Source: Eledone cirrhosa
Taxonomy: Eukaryota
Direction of reading: 5' to 3'
DNA length: 64,000 nt
Assembly: GCA_964016885.1 (NCBI GenBank)
Contig: OZ024743.1
Span: forward strand, 211,854,001-211,918,000
Below are positions 39,501 through 53,420 of the stretch, piece after piece. Every line of letters starts with the position of its first letter. Within the stretch, counting starts at the first letter, position 1. The notes beneath the pieces are model-generated. The model made no database searches and was not told the DNA's origin. It saw nothing but the letters and a program-made list of their open reading frames with translations. The position numbers and the translations under genes are program-made.

Positions 39501-42500
39501 ACACCATTCGCCGGCGGACTTCAGCTGCCTCATTTAGCATGGGCAGTTTTTCTTGAAGATCACACCACACACAGCCAATGAGTGTCTGCACATGTACCAG
39601 TAATTAGAGATCGATCCGACCACGGGCGGCCGGCCCACGATCGAGAAAAAGGTAACTCCGCCGGCAAATCGTCATTTTTGTGATCCGTTTTCTTCGAAGC
39701 ACACCATTCGCCGCCGGACTTCAGCTGCCTCATTTAGCATGGGCAGTTTTTTTTGAAAATCACACCACACACAACCAATGTGTGTCTGCACATGTACCAG
39801 TAATTACAGATCGATCCGACCACGGGCGGCCGGCCCGCGATTGAAAAGGTAACTCCGCCGGCAAATCGTCATTTTTGTGATTCGTTTTCTTCGAAGCACA
39901 CCATTCGCCGCCGGACTTCAGCTGCCTCATTTAGCATGGGCAGTTTTTTTTGAAAATCACACCACACACAACCAATGTGTGTCTGCACATGTACCAGTAA
40001 TTACAGATCGATCCCACCACGAGTTCAATGTAAACAAACTTACGCTCAACGACTTTGTTGACGTTTAACACGGTTTGGTTCCACAGCCACAACTATTGAT
40101 TTTACGGAGATATCTTGCTGAAATTCACGCCACACATAGCCAATGAGTGTCTGCACATGTATCAGTAATTACAGATCGATCCGACCACGGACGGCCGGCC
40201 CGCGATTGAAAAGGTAACTCCGCCGGCAAATCGTCATTTTTGGATTCGTTTTCTTCGAAGCACACCATTCGCCGGCGGACTTTGTTGACGTTTAACACGG
40301 TTTGGTTCCACAGCCACAACTATTGATTTTAAGGAGATATCTTGCTGAAATTCACGCCACACATAGCCAATGAGTGTCTGCACATGTACCAGTAATTACA
40401 GATGGATCCCACCACGGGCGGCCGGCCCACAATCGAAAAGGTTACTCCGCCTGCAAATCGTCATTTTCGGATTCGTTTTCTTCGAAGCACACCATTCGCC
40501 GGCGGACTTCAGCTGCCTCATTTAGCATGAGCAGTTTTTCTTGAAGATCACACCTCACACAGCCAATGAGTGTCTGCACATGTACCAGTAATTAGAGATC
40601 GATCCGACCACGGGCGGCCGGCCCACGATCGAGAAAAAGGTAACTCCGCCGGCAAATCGTCATTTTTGTGATCCGTTTTCTTCGAAGCACACCATTCGCC
40701 GCCGGACTTCAGCTGCCTCATTTAGCATGGGCAGTTTTTCTTGAAGATCACACCACACACAGCCAATGAGTGTCTGCACATGTACCAGTAATTACAGATG
40801 GATCCCACCACGGGCGGCCGGCCCACAATCGAAAAGGTTACTCCGCCTGCAAATCGTCATTTTCGGATTCGTTTTCTTCGAAGCACACCATTCGCCGGCG
40901 GACTTCAGCTGCCTCATTTAGCATGAGCAGTTTTTCTTGAAGATCACACCACACACAGCCAATGAGTGTCTGCACATGTACCAGTAATTACAGATGGATC
41001 CCACCACGGGCGGCCGGCCCACAATCGAAAAGGTTACTCCGCCTGCAAATCGTCATTTTCGGATTCGTTTTCTTCGAAGCACACCATTCGCCGGCGGACT
41101 TCAGCTGCCTCATTTAGCATGGGCAGTTTTTCTTGAAGATCACACCACACACAGCCAATGAGTGTCTGCACATGTACCAGTAACTACAGATGGATCCCAC
41201 CACGGGCGGCCGGCCCACAATCGAAAAGGTTACTCCGCCTGCAAATCGTCATTTTCGGATTCGTTTTCTTCGTAGCACACCATTCGCCGGCGGACTTCAG
41301 CTGCCTCATTTAGCATGGGCAGTTTTTCTTGAAGATCACACCACACACAGCCAATGAGTGTCTGCACATGTACCAGTAATTAGAGATCGATCCGACCACG
41401 GGCGGCCGGCCCACGATCGAGAAAATGGTAACTCCGCCGGCAAATCGTCATTTTTGTGATCCGTTTTCTTCGAAGCACACCATTCGCCGCCGGACTTCAG
41501 CTGCCTCATTTAGCATGGGCAGTTTTTTTTGAAAATCACACCACACACAACCAATGTGTGTCTGCACATGTACCAGTAATTACAGATCGATCCCACCACG
41601 GGCGGCCGGCCCACAATCGAAAAGGTTACTCCGCCTGCAAATCGTCATTTTCGGATTCGTTTTCTTCGAAGCACACCATTCGCCGGCGGACTTCAGCTGC
41701 CTCATTTAGCATGGGCAGTTTTTCTTGAAGATCACACCACACACAGCCAATGAGTGTCTGCACATGTACCAGTAATTAGAGATCGATCCGACCACGGGCG
41801 GCCGGCCCACGATCGAGAAAAAGGTAACTCCGCCGGCAAATCGTCATTTTTGTGATCCGTTTTCTTCGAAGCACACCATTCGCCGCCGGACTTCAGCTGC
41901 CACATTTAGCATGGGCAGTTTTTTGTGAAAATCACACCACACACAACCAATGTATGTCTGCACATGTACCAGTAATTACAGATCGATCCGACCACGGGCG
42001 GCCGGCCCGCGATTGAAAAGGTAACTCCGCCGGCAAATCGTCATTTTTGTGATTCGTTTTCTTCGAAGCACACCATTCGCCGCCGGACTTCAGCTGCCTC
42101 ATTTAGCATGGGCAGTTTTTTTTGAAAATCACACCACACACAACCAATGTGTTTCTGCACATGTACCAGTAATTACAGATCGATCCCACCACGAGTTCAA
42201 TGTAAACTAACTTACGCTCAACGACTTTGTTGACGTTTAACACGGTTTGGTTCCACAGCCACAACTATTGATTTTAAGGAGATATCTTGCTGAAATTCAC
42301 GCCACACATAGCCAATGAGTGTCTGCACATGTACCAGTAATTACAGATCGATCCGACCAGGGGCGGCCGGCCCGCGATTGAAAAGGTAACTCCGCCGGCA
42401 AATCGTCATTTTTGGATTCGTTTTCTTCGAAGCACACCATTCGCCGGCGGACTTTGTTGACGTTTAACACGGTTTGGTTCCACAGCCACAACTATTGATT

Positions 42501-45500
42501 TTAAGGAGATATCTTGCTGAAATTCACGCCACACATAGCCAATGAGTGTCTGCACATGTACCAGTAATTACAGATCGATCCGACCACGGGCGGCCGGCCC
42601 GCGATTGAAAAGGTAATTCCGCCGGCAAATCGTCATTTTTGTGATCCGTTTTCTTCGAAGCACACCATTCGCCGCCGGACTTCAGCTGCCTCATTTAGCA
42701 TGGGCAGTTTTTTTTGAAAATCACACCACACACAACCAATGTGTGTCTGCACATGTACCAGTAATTACAGATCGATCCGACCACGGGCGGCCGGCCCGCG
42801 ATTGAAAAGGTAACTCCGCCGGCAAATCGTCATTTTTGTGATTCGTTTTCTTCGAAGCACACCATTCGCCGCCGGACTTCAGCTGCCTCATTTAGCATGG
42901 GCAGTTTTTTTGGAAAATCACACCACACACAACCAATGTGTGTCTGCACATGTACCAGTAATTACAGATCGATCCCACCACGGGCGGCCGGCCCACAATC
43001 GAAAAGGTTACTCCGCCTGCAAATCGTCATTTTCGGATTCGTTTTCTTCGAAGCACACCATTCGCCGGCGGACTTCAGCTGCCTCATTTAGCATGGGCAG
43101 TTTTTCTTGAAGATCACACCACACACAGCCAATGAGTGTCTGCACATGTACCAGTAATTAGAGATCGATCCGACCACGGGCGGCCGGCCCACGATCGAGA
43201 AAAAGGTAACTCCGCCGGCAAATCGTCATTTTTGTGATCCGTTTTCTTCGAAGCACACCATTCGCCGCCGGACTTCAGCTGCCTCATTTAGCATGGGCAG
43301 TTTTTTTTGAAAATCACACCACACACAACCAATGTGTGTCTGCACATGTACCAGTAATTACAGATCGATCCCACCACGGGCGGCCGGCCCACAATCGAAA
43401 AGGTTACTCCGCCTGCAAATCGTCATTTTCGGATTCGTTTTCTTCGAAGCACACCATTCGCCGCCGGACTTCAGCTGCCTCATTTAGCATGGGCAGTTTT
43501 TTTTTAAAATCACACCACACACAACCAATGTGTGTCTGCACATGTACCAGTAATTACAGATCGATCCCACCACGAGTTCAATGTAAACAAACTTACGCTC
43601 AACGACTTTGTTGACGTTTAACACGGTTTGGTTCCACAGCCACAGCTATTGATTTTACGGAGATATCTTGCTGAAATTCACGCCACACATAGCCAATGTG
43701 AGTCTGCACATGTAGCAGTAATTACAGATCGATCCGACCAGGGGCGGCCGGCCCGCGATTGAAAAGGTAACTCCGCCGGCAAATCGTCATTTTTGGATTC
43801 GCTTTCTTCGAAGCACACCATTCGCCGGCGGACTTTGTTGACGTTTAACACGGTTTGGTTCCACAGCCACAACTATTGATTTTAAGGAGATATCTTGCTG
43901 AAATTCACGCCACACATAGCCAATGAGTGTCTGCACATGTACCAGTAATTACAGATCGATCCGACCAGGGGCGGCCGGCCCGCGATTGAAAAGGTAACTC
44001 CGCCGGCAAATCGTCATTTTTGTGATTCGTTTTCTTCGAAGCACACCATTCGCCGGCGGACTTTGTTGACGTTTAACACGGTTTGGTTCCACAGCCACAA
44101 CTATTGATTTTAAGGAGATATCTTGCTGAAATTCACGCCACACATAGCCAATGAGTGTCTGCACATGTACCAGTAATTACAGATCGATCCGACCACGGAC
44201 GGCCGGCCCGCGATTGAAGAGGTAACTCCGCCGGCAAATCGTCATTTTTGGATTCGTTTTCTTCGAAGCACACCATTCGCCGGCGGACTTTGTTGACGTT
44301 TAACACGGTTTGGTTCCACAGCCACAACTATTGATTTTACGGAGATATCTTGCTGAAATTCACGCCACACATAGCCAATGAGTGTCTGCACATGTACCAG
44401 TAAGTACAGATGGATCCCACCACGGGCGGCCGGCCCACAATCGAAAAGGTTACTCCGCCTGCAAATCGTCATTTTCGGATTCGTTTTCTTCGAAGCACAC
44501 CATTCGCCGGCGGACTTCAGCTGCCTCATTTAGCATGGGCAGTTTTTCTTGAAGATCACACCACACACAGCCAATGAGTGTCTGCACATGTACCAGTAAT
44601 TACAGATGGATCCCACCACGGGCGGCCGGCCCACAATCGAAAAGGTTACTCCGCCTGCAAATCGTCATTTTCGGATTCGTTTTCTTCGAAGCACACCATT
44701 CGCCGGCGGACTTCAGCTGCCTCATTTAGCATGGGCAGTTTTTCTTGAAGATCACACCACACACAGCCAATGAGTGTCTGCACATGTACCAGTAATTAGA
44801 GATCGATCCGACCACGGGCGGCCGGCCCACGATCGAGAAAAAGGTAACTCCGCCGGCAAATCGTCATTTTTGTGATCCGTTTTCTTCGAAGCACACCATT
44901 CGCCGCCGGACTTCAGCTGCCTCATTTAGCATGGGCAGTTTTTTTTGAAAATCACACCACACACAACCAATGTGTGTCTGCGCATGTACCAGTAATTACA
45001 GATCGATCCGACCACAGCAGCCGGCCCGCGATTGAAAAGGTAACTCCGCCGGCAAATCGTCATTTTTGTGATTCGTTTTCTTCGAAGCACACCATTCGCC
45101 GCCGGACTTCAGCTGCCTCATTTAGCATGGGCAGTTTTTTTTGAAAATCACACCACACACAACCAATGTGTGTCTGCACATGTACCAGTAATTACAGATC
45201 GATCCCACCACGGGCGGCCGGCCCGCGATTGAAAAGGTAACTCCGCCGGCAAATCGTCATTTTTGGATTCGTTTTCTTGGAAGCACACCATTCGCCGGCG
45301 GACTTTGTTGACGTTTAACACGGTTTGGTTCCACAGCCACAACTATTGATTTTAAGGAGATATCTTGCTGAAATTCACGCCACACATAGCCAATGAGTGT
45401 CTGCACATGTACCAGTAATTACAGATCGATCCCACCACGGGCGGCCGGCCCACAATCGAAAAGGTTACTCCGCCTGCAAATCGTCATTTTCGGATTCGTT

Positions 45501-48500
45501 TTCTTCGAAGCACACCATTCGCCGGCGGACTTCAGCTGCCTCATTTAGCATGAGCAGTTTTTCTTGAAGATCACACCACACACAGCCAATGAGTGTCTGC
45601 ACATGTACCAGTAATTACAGATGGATCCCACCACGGGCGGCCGGCCCACAATCGAAAAGGTTACTCCGCCTGCAAATCGTCATTTTCGGATTCGTTTTCT
45701 TCGAAGCACACCATTCGCCGGCGGACTTCAGCTGCCTCATTTAGCATGAGCAGTTTTTCTTGAAGATCACACCACACACAGCCAATGAGTGTCTGCACAT
45801 GTACCAGTAATTACAGATGGATCCCACCACGGGCGGCCGGCCCACAATCGAAAAGGTTACTCCGCCTGCAAATCGTCATTTTCGGATTCGTTTTCTTCGA
45901 AGCACACCATTCGCCGGCGGACTTCAGCTGCCTCATTTAGCATGAGCAGTTTTTCTTGAAGATCACACCACACACAGCCAATGAGTGTCTGCACATGTAC
46001 CAGTAATTACAGATGGATCCCACCACGGGCGGCCGGCCCACAATCGAAAAGGTTACTCCGCCTGCAAATCGTCATTTTCGGATTCGTTTTCTTCGAAGCA
46101 CACCATTCGCCGGCGGACTTCAGCTGCCTCATTTAGCATGGGCAGTTTTTCTTGAAGATCACACCACACACAGCCAATGAGTGTCTGCACATGTACCAGT
46201 AATTAGAGATCGATCCGACCACGGGCGGCCGGCCCACGATCGAGAAAAAGGTAACTCCGCCGGCAAATCGTCATTTTTGTGATCCGTTTTCTTCGAAGCA
46301 CACCATTCGCCGCCGGACTTCAGCTGCCTCATTTAGCATGGGCAGTTTTTCTTGAAGATCACACCACACACAGCCAATGAGTGTCTGCACATGTACCAGT
46401 AATTACAGATGGATCCCTCCACGGGCGGCCGGCCCACAATCGAAAAGGTTACTCCGCCTGCAAATCGTCATTTTCGGATTCGTTTTCTTCGAAGCACACC
46501 ATTCGCCGGCGGACTTCAGCTGCCTCATTTAGCATGAGCAGTTTTTCTTGAAGATCACACCACACACAGCCAATGAGTGTCTGCACATGTACCAGTAATT
46601 ACAGATGGATCCCACCACGGGCGGCCGGCCCACAATCGAAAAGGTTACTCCGCCTGCAAATCGTCATTTTCGGATTCGTTTTCTTCGAAGCACACCATTC
46701 GCCGGCGGACTTCAGCTGCCTCATTTAGCATGGGCAGTTTTTCTTGAAGATCACACCACACACAGCCAATGAGTGTCTGCACATGTACCAGTAATTACAG
46801 ATGGATCCCACCACGGGCGGCCGGCCCACAATCGAAAAGGTTACTCCGCCTGCAAATCGTCATTTTCGGATTCGTTTTCTTCGAAGCACACCATTCGCCG
46901 GCGGACTTCAGCTGCCTCATTTAGCATGGGCAGTTTTTCTTGAAGATCACACCACACACAGCCAATGAGTGTCTGCACATGTACCAGTAATTAGAGATCG
47001 ATCCGACCACGGGCGGCCGGCCCACGATCGAGAAAAAGGTAACTCCGCCGGCAAATCGTCATTTTTGTGATCCGTTTTCTTCGAAGCACACCATTCGCCG
47101 CCGGACTTCAGCTGCCTCATTTAGCATGGGCAGTTTTTTTTGAAAATCACACCACACACAACCAATGTGTGTCTGCACATGTACCAGTAATTACAGATCG
47201 ATCCGACCACGGGCGGCCGGCCCGCGATTGAAAAGGTAACTCCGCCGGCAAATCGTCATTTTTGTGATTCGTTTTCTTCGAAGCACACCATTCGCCGCCG
47301 GACTTCAGCTGCCTCATTTAGCATGGGCAGTTTTTTTTGAAAATCACACCACACACAACCAATGTGTGTCTGCACATGTACCAGTAATTACAGATCGATC
47401 CCACCACGAGTTCAATGTAAACAAACTTACGCTCAACGACTTTGTTGACGTTTAACACGGTTTGGTTCCACAGCCACAACTATTGATTTTAAGGAGATAT
47501 CTTGCTGAAATTCACGCCACACATAGCCAATGAGTGTCTGCACATGTACCAGTAATTACAGATGGATCCCACCACGGGCGGCCGGCCCACAATCGAAAAG
47601 GTTACTCCGCCTGCAAATCGTCATTTTCGGATTCGTTTTCTTCGAAGCACACCATTCGCCGGCGGACTTCAGCTGCCTCATTTAGCATGAGCAGTTTTTC
47701 TTGAAGATCACACCTCACACAGCCAATGAGTGTCTGCACATGTACCAGTAATTAGAGATCGATCCGACCACGGGCGGCCGGCCCACGATCGAGAAAAAGG
47801 TAACTCCGCCGGCAAATCGTCATTTTTGTGATCCGTTTTCTTCGAAGCACACCATTCGCCGCCGGACTTCAGCTGCCTCATTTAGCATGGGCAGTTTTTT
47901 TTGAAAATCACACCACACACAACCAATGTGTGTCTGCACATGTACCAGTAATTACAGATCGATCCCACCACGGGCGGCCGGCCCACAATCGAAAAGGTTA
48001 CTCCGCCTGCAAATCGTCATTTTCGGATTCGTTTTCTTCGAAGCACACCATTCGCCGGCGGACTTCAGCTGCCTCATTTAGCATGAGCAGTTTTTCTTGA
48101 AGATCATACCACACACAGCCAATGAGTGTCTGCACATGTACCAGTAATTACAGATGGATCCCACCACGGGCGGCCGGCCCACAATCGAAAAGGTCACTCC
48201 GCCTGCAAATCGTCATTTTCGGATTGGTTTTCTTCGAAGCACACCATTCGCCGGCGGACTTCAGCTGCCTCATTTAGCATGAGCAGTTTTTCTTGAAGAT
48301 CACACCACACACAGCCAATGAGTGTCTGCACATGTACCAGTAATTACAGATGGATCCCACCACGGGCGGCCGGCCCACAATCGAAAAGGTTACTCCGCCT
48401 GCAAATCGTCATTTTCGGATTCGTTTTCTTCGAAGCACACCATTCGCCGGCGGACTTCAGCTGCCTCATTTAGCATGGGCAGTTTTTCTTGAAGATCACA

Positions 48501-48944
48501 CCACACACAGCCAATGAGTGTCTGCACATGTACCAGTAACTACAGATGGATCCCACCACGGGCGGCCGGCCCACAATCGAAAAGGTTACTCCGCCTGCAA
48601 ATCGTCATTTTCGGATTCGTTTTCTTCGTAGCACACCATTCGCCGGCGGACTTCAGCTGCCTCATTTAGCATGGGCAGTTTTTCTTGAAGATCACACCAC
48701 ACACAGCCAATGAGTGTCTGCACATGTACCAGTAATTAGAGATCGATCCGACCACGGGCGGCCGGCCCACGATCGAGAAAATGGTAACTCCGCCGGCAAA
48801 TCGTCATTTTTGTGATCCGTTTTCTTCGAAGCACACCATTCGCCGCCGGACTTCAGCTGCCTCATTTAGCATGGGCAGTTTTTTTTGAAAATCACACCAC
48901 ACACAACCAATGTGTGTCTGCACATGTACCAGTAATTACAGATC

Positions 48945-51900
48945 GATCCCACCACGGGCGGCCGGCCCACAATCGAAAAGGTTACTCCGCCTGCAAATCG
49001 TCATTTTCGGATTCGTTTTCTTCGAAGCACACCATTCGCCGGCGGACTTCAGCTGCCTCATTTAGCATGGGCAGTTTTTCTTGAAGATCACACCACACAC
49101 AGCCAATGAGTGTCTGCACATGTACCAGTAATTAGAGATCGATCCGACCACGGGCGGCCGGCCCACGATCGAGAAAAAGGTAACTCCGCCGGCAAATCGT
49201 CATTTTTGTGATCCGTTTTCTTCGAAGCACACCATTCGCCGCCGGACTTCAGCTGCCTCATTTAGCATGGGCAGTTTTTTGTGAAAATCACACCACACAC
49301 AACCAATGTATGTCTGCACATGTACCAGTAATTACAGATCGATCCGACCACGGGCGGCCGGCCCGCGATTGAAAAGGTAACTCCGCCGGCAAATCGTCAT
49401 TTTTGTGATTCGTTTTCTTCGAAGCACACCATTCGCCGCCGGACTTCAGCTGCCTCATTTAGCATGGGCAGTTTTTTTTGAAAATCACACCACACACAAC
49501 CAATGTGTGTCTGCACATGTACCAGTAATTACAGATCGATCCCACCACGGGCGGCCGGCCCACAATCGAAAAGGTTACTCCGCCTGCAAATCGTCATTTT
49601 CGGATTCGTTTTCTTCGAAGCACACCATTCGCCGGCGGACTTCAGCTGCCTCATTTAGCATGGGCAGTTTTTCTTGAAGATCACACCACACACAGCCAAT
49701 GAGTGTCTGCACATGTACCAGTAATTAGAGATCGATCCGACCACGGGCGGCCGGCCCACGATCGAGAAAAAGGTAACTCCGCCGGCAAATCGTCATTTTT
49801 GTGATCCGTTTTCTTCGAAGCACACCATTCGCCGCCGGACTTCAGCTGCCTCATTTAGCATGGGCAGTTTTTTTTGAAAATCACACCACACACAACCAAT
49901 GTGTGTCTGCACATGTACCAGTAATTACAGATCGATCCGACCACGGGCGGCCGGCCCGCGATTGAAAAGGTAACTCCGCCGGCAAATCGTCATTTTTGTG
50001 ATTCGTTTTCTTCGAAGCACACCATTCGCCGCCGGACTTCAGCTGCCTCATTTAACATGGGCAGTTTTTTTTTTAAATCACACCACACACAACCAATGTG
50101 TTTCTGCACATGTACCAGTAATTACAGATCGATCCCACCACGAGTTCAATGTAAACTAACTTACGCTCAACGACTCTGTTGACGTTTAACACGGTTTGGT
50201 TCCACAGCCACAACTATTGATTTTAAGGAGATATCTTGCTGAAATTCACGCCACACATAGCCAATGAGTGTCTGCACATGTACCAGTAATTACAGATCGA
50301 TCCGACCAGGGGCGGCCGGCCCGCGATTGAAAAGGTAACTCCGCCGGCAAATCGTCATTTTTGGATTCGTTTTCTTGGAAGCACACCATTCGCCGGCGGA
50401 CTTTGTTGACGTTTAACACGGTTTGGTTCCACAGCCACAACTATTGATTTTAAGGAGATATCTTGCTGAAATTCACGCCACACATAGCCAATGAGTGTCT
50501 GCACATGTACCAGTAATTACAGATCGATCCCACCACGGGCGGCCGGCCCACAATCGAAAAGGTTACTCCGCCTGCAAATCGTCATTTTCGGATTCGTTTT
50601 CTTCGAAGCACACCATTCGCCGGCGGACTTCAGCTGCCTCATTTAGCATGAGCAGTTTTTCTTGAAGATCACACCACACACAGCCAATGAGTGTCTGCAC
50701 ATGTACCAGTAATTACAGATGGATCCCACCACGGGCGGCCGGCCCACAATCGAAAAGGTTACTCCGCCTGCAAATCGTCATTTTCGGATTCGTTTTCTTC
50801 GAAGCCCACCATTCGCCGGCGGACTTCAGCTGCCTCATTTAGCATGAGCAGTTTTTCTTGAAGATCACACCACACACAGCCAATGAGTGTCTGCACATGT
50901 ACCAGTAATTACAGATGGATCCCACCACGGGCGGCCGGCCCACAATCGAAAAGGTTACTCCGCCTGCAAATCGTCATTTTCGGATTCGTTTTCTTCGAAG
51001 CACACCATTCGCCGGCGGACTTCAGCTGCCTCATTTAGCATGAGCAGTTTTTCTTGAAGATCACACCACACACAGCCAATGAGTGTCTGCACATGTACCA
51101 GTAATTACAGATGGATCCCACCACGGGCGGCCGGCCCACAATCGAAAAGGTTACTCCGCCTGCAAATCGTCATTTTCGGATTCGTTTTCTTCGAAGCACA
51201 CCATTCGCCGGCGGACTTCAGCTGCCTCATTTAGCATGAGCAGTTTTTCTTGAAGATCACACCACACACAGCCAATGAGTGTCTGCACATGTACCAGTAA
51301 TTACAGATGGATCCCACCACGGGCGGCCGGCCCACAATCGAAAAGGTTACTCCGCCTGCAAATCGTCATTTTCGGATTCGTTTTCTTCGAAGCACACCAT
51401 TCGCCGGCGGACTTCAGCTGCCTCATTTAGCATGGGCAGTTTTTCTTGAAGATCACACCACACACAGCCAATGAGTGTCTGCACATGTACCAGTAATTAG
51501 AGATCGATCCGACCACGGGCGGCCGGCCCACGATCGAGAAAAAGGTAACTCCGCCGGCAAATCGTCATTTTTGTGATCCGTTTTCTTCGAAGCACACCAT
51601 TCGCCGCCGGACTTCAGCTGCCTCATTTAGCATGGGCAGTTTTTCTTGAAGATCACACCACACACAGCCAATGAGTGTCTGCACATGTACCAGTAATTAC
51701 AGATGGATCCCTCCACGGGCGGCCGGCCCACAATCGAAAAGGTTACTCCGCCTGCAAATCGTCATTTTCGGATTCGTTTTCTTCGAAGCACACCATTCGC
51801 CGGCGGACTTCAGCTGCCTCATTTAGCATGAGCAGTTTTTCTTGAAGATCACACCACACACAGCCAATGAGTGTCTGCACATGTACCAGTAATTACAGAT

Positions 51901-53420
51901 GGATCCCACCACGGGCGGCCGGCCCACAATCGAAAAGGTTACTCCGCCTGCAAATCGTCATTTTCGGATTCGTTTTCTTCGAAGCACACCATTCGCCGGC
52001 GGACTTCAGCTGCCTCATTTAGCATGGGCAGTTTTTCTTGAAGATCACACCACACACAGCCAATGAGTGTCTGCACATGTACCAGTAATTACAGATGGAT
52101 CCCACCACGGGCGGCCGGCCCACAATCGAAAAGGTTACTCCGCCTGCAAATCGTCATTTTCGGATTCGTTTTCTTCGAAGCACACCATTCGCCGGCGGAC
52201 TTCAGCTGCCTCATTTAGCATGGGCAGTTTTTCTTGAAGATCACACCACACACAGCCAATGAGTGTCTGCACATGTACCAGTAATTAGAGATCGATCCGA
52301 CCACGGGCGGCCGGCCCACGATCGAGAAAAAGGTAACTCCGCCGGCAAATCGTCATTTTTGTGATCCGTTTTCTTCGAAGCACACCATTCGCCGCCGGAC
52401 TTCAGCTGCCTCATTTAGCATGGGCAGTTTTTTTTGAAAATCACACCACACACAACCAATGTGTGTCTGCACATGTACCAGTAATTACAGATCGATCCGA
52501 CCACGGGCGGCCGGCCCGCGATTGAAAAGGTAACTCCGCCGGCAAATCGTCATTTTTGTGATTCGTTTTCTTCGAAGCACACCATTCGCCGCCGGACTTC
52601 AGCTGCCTCATTTAGCATGGGCAGTTTTTTTTGAAAATCACACCACACACAACCAATGTGTGTCTGCACATGTACCAGTAATTACAGATCGATCCCACCA
52701 CGAGTTCAATGTAAACAAACTTACGCTCAACGACTTTGTTGACGTTTAACACGGTTTGGTTCCACAGCCACAACTATTGATTTTACGGAGATATCTTGCT
52801 GAAATTCACGCCACACATAGCCAATGAGTGTCTGCACATGTATCAGTAATTACAGATCGATCCGACCACGGACGGCCGGCCCGCGATTGAAAAGGTAACT
52901 CCGCCGGCAAATCGTCATTTTTGGATTCGTTTTCTTCGAAGCACACCATTCGCCGGCGGACTTTGTTGACGTTTAACACGGTTTGGTTCCACAGCCACAA
53001 CTATTGATTTTAAGGAGATATCTTGCTGAAATTCACGCCACACATAGCCAATGAGTGTCTGCACATGTACCAGTAATTACAGATGGATCCCACCACGGGC
53101 GGCCGGCCCACAATCGAAAAGGTTACTCCGCCTGCAAATCGTCATTTTCGGATTCGTTTTCTTCGAAGCACACCATTCGCCGGCGGACTTCAGCTGCCTC
53201 ATTTAGCATGAGCAGTTTTTCTTGAAGATCACATCTCACACAGCCAATGAGTGTCTGCACATGTACCAGTAATTAGAGATCGATCCGACCACGGGCGGCC
53301 GGCCCACGATCGAGAAAAAGGTAACTCCGCCGGCAAATCGTCATTTTTGTGATCCGTTTTCTTCGAAGCACACCATTCGCCGCCGGACTTCAGCTGCCTC
53401 ATTTAGCATGGGCAGTTTTT
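48945..53420 (+). repeat. Second copy of the ~4.5-kb block 36264-40739 (offset 12681)
   Basis: ORF artefacts at 36724/49405, 37565/50246, 39877/52558 and 40125/52806. Shared TTTTTTGTGAAAA (36600/49281) and ATGTATCAG (40162/52843). Confidence 0.88.
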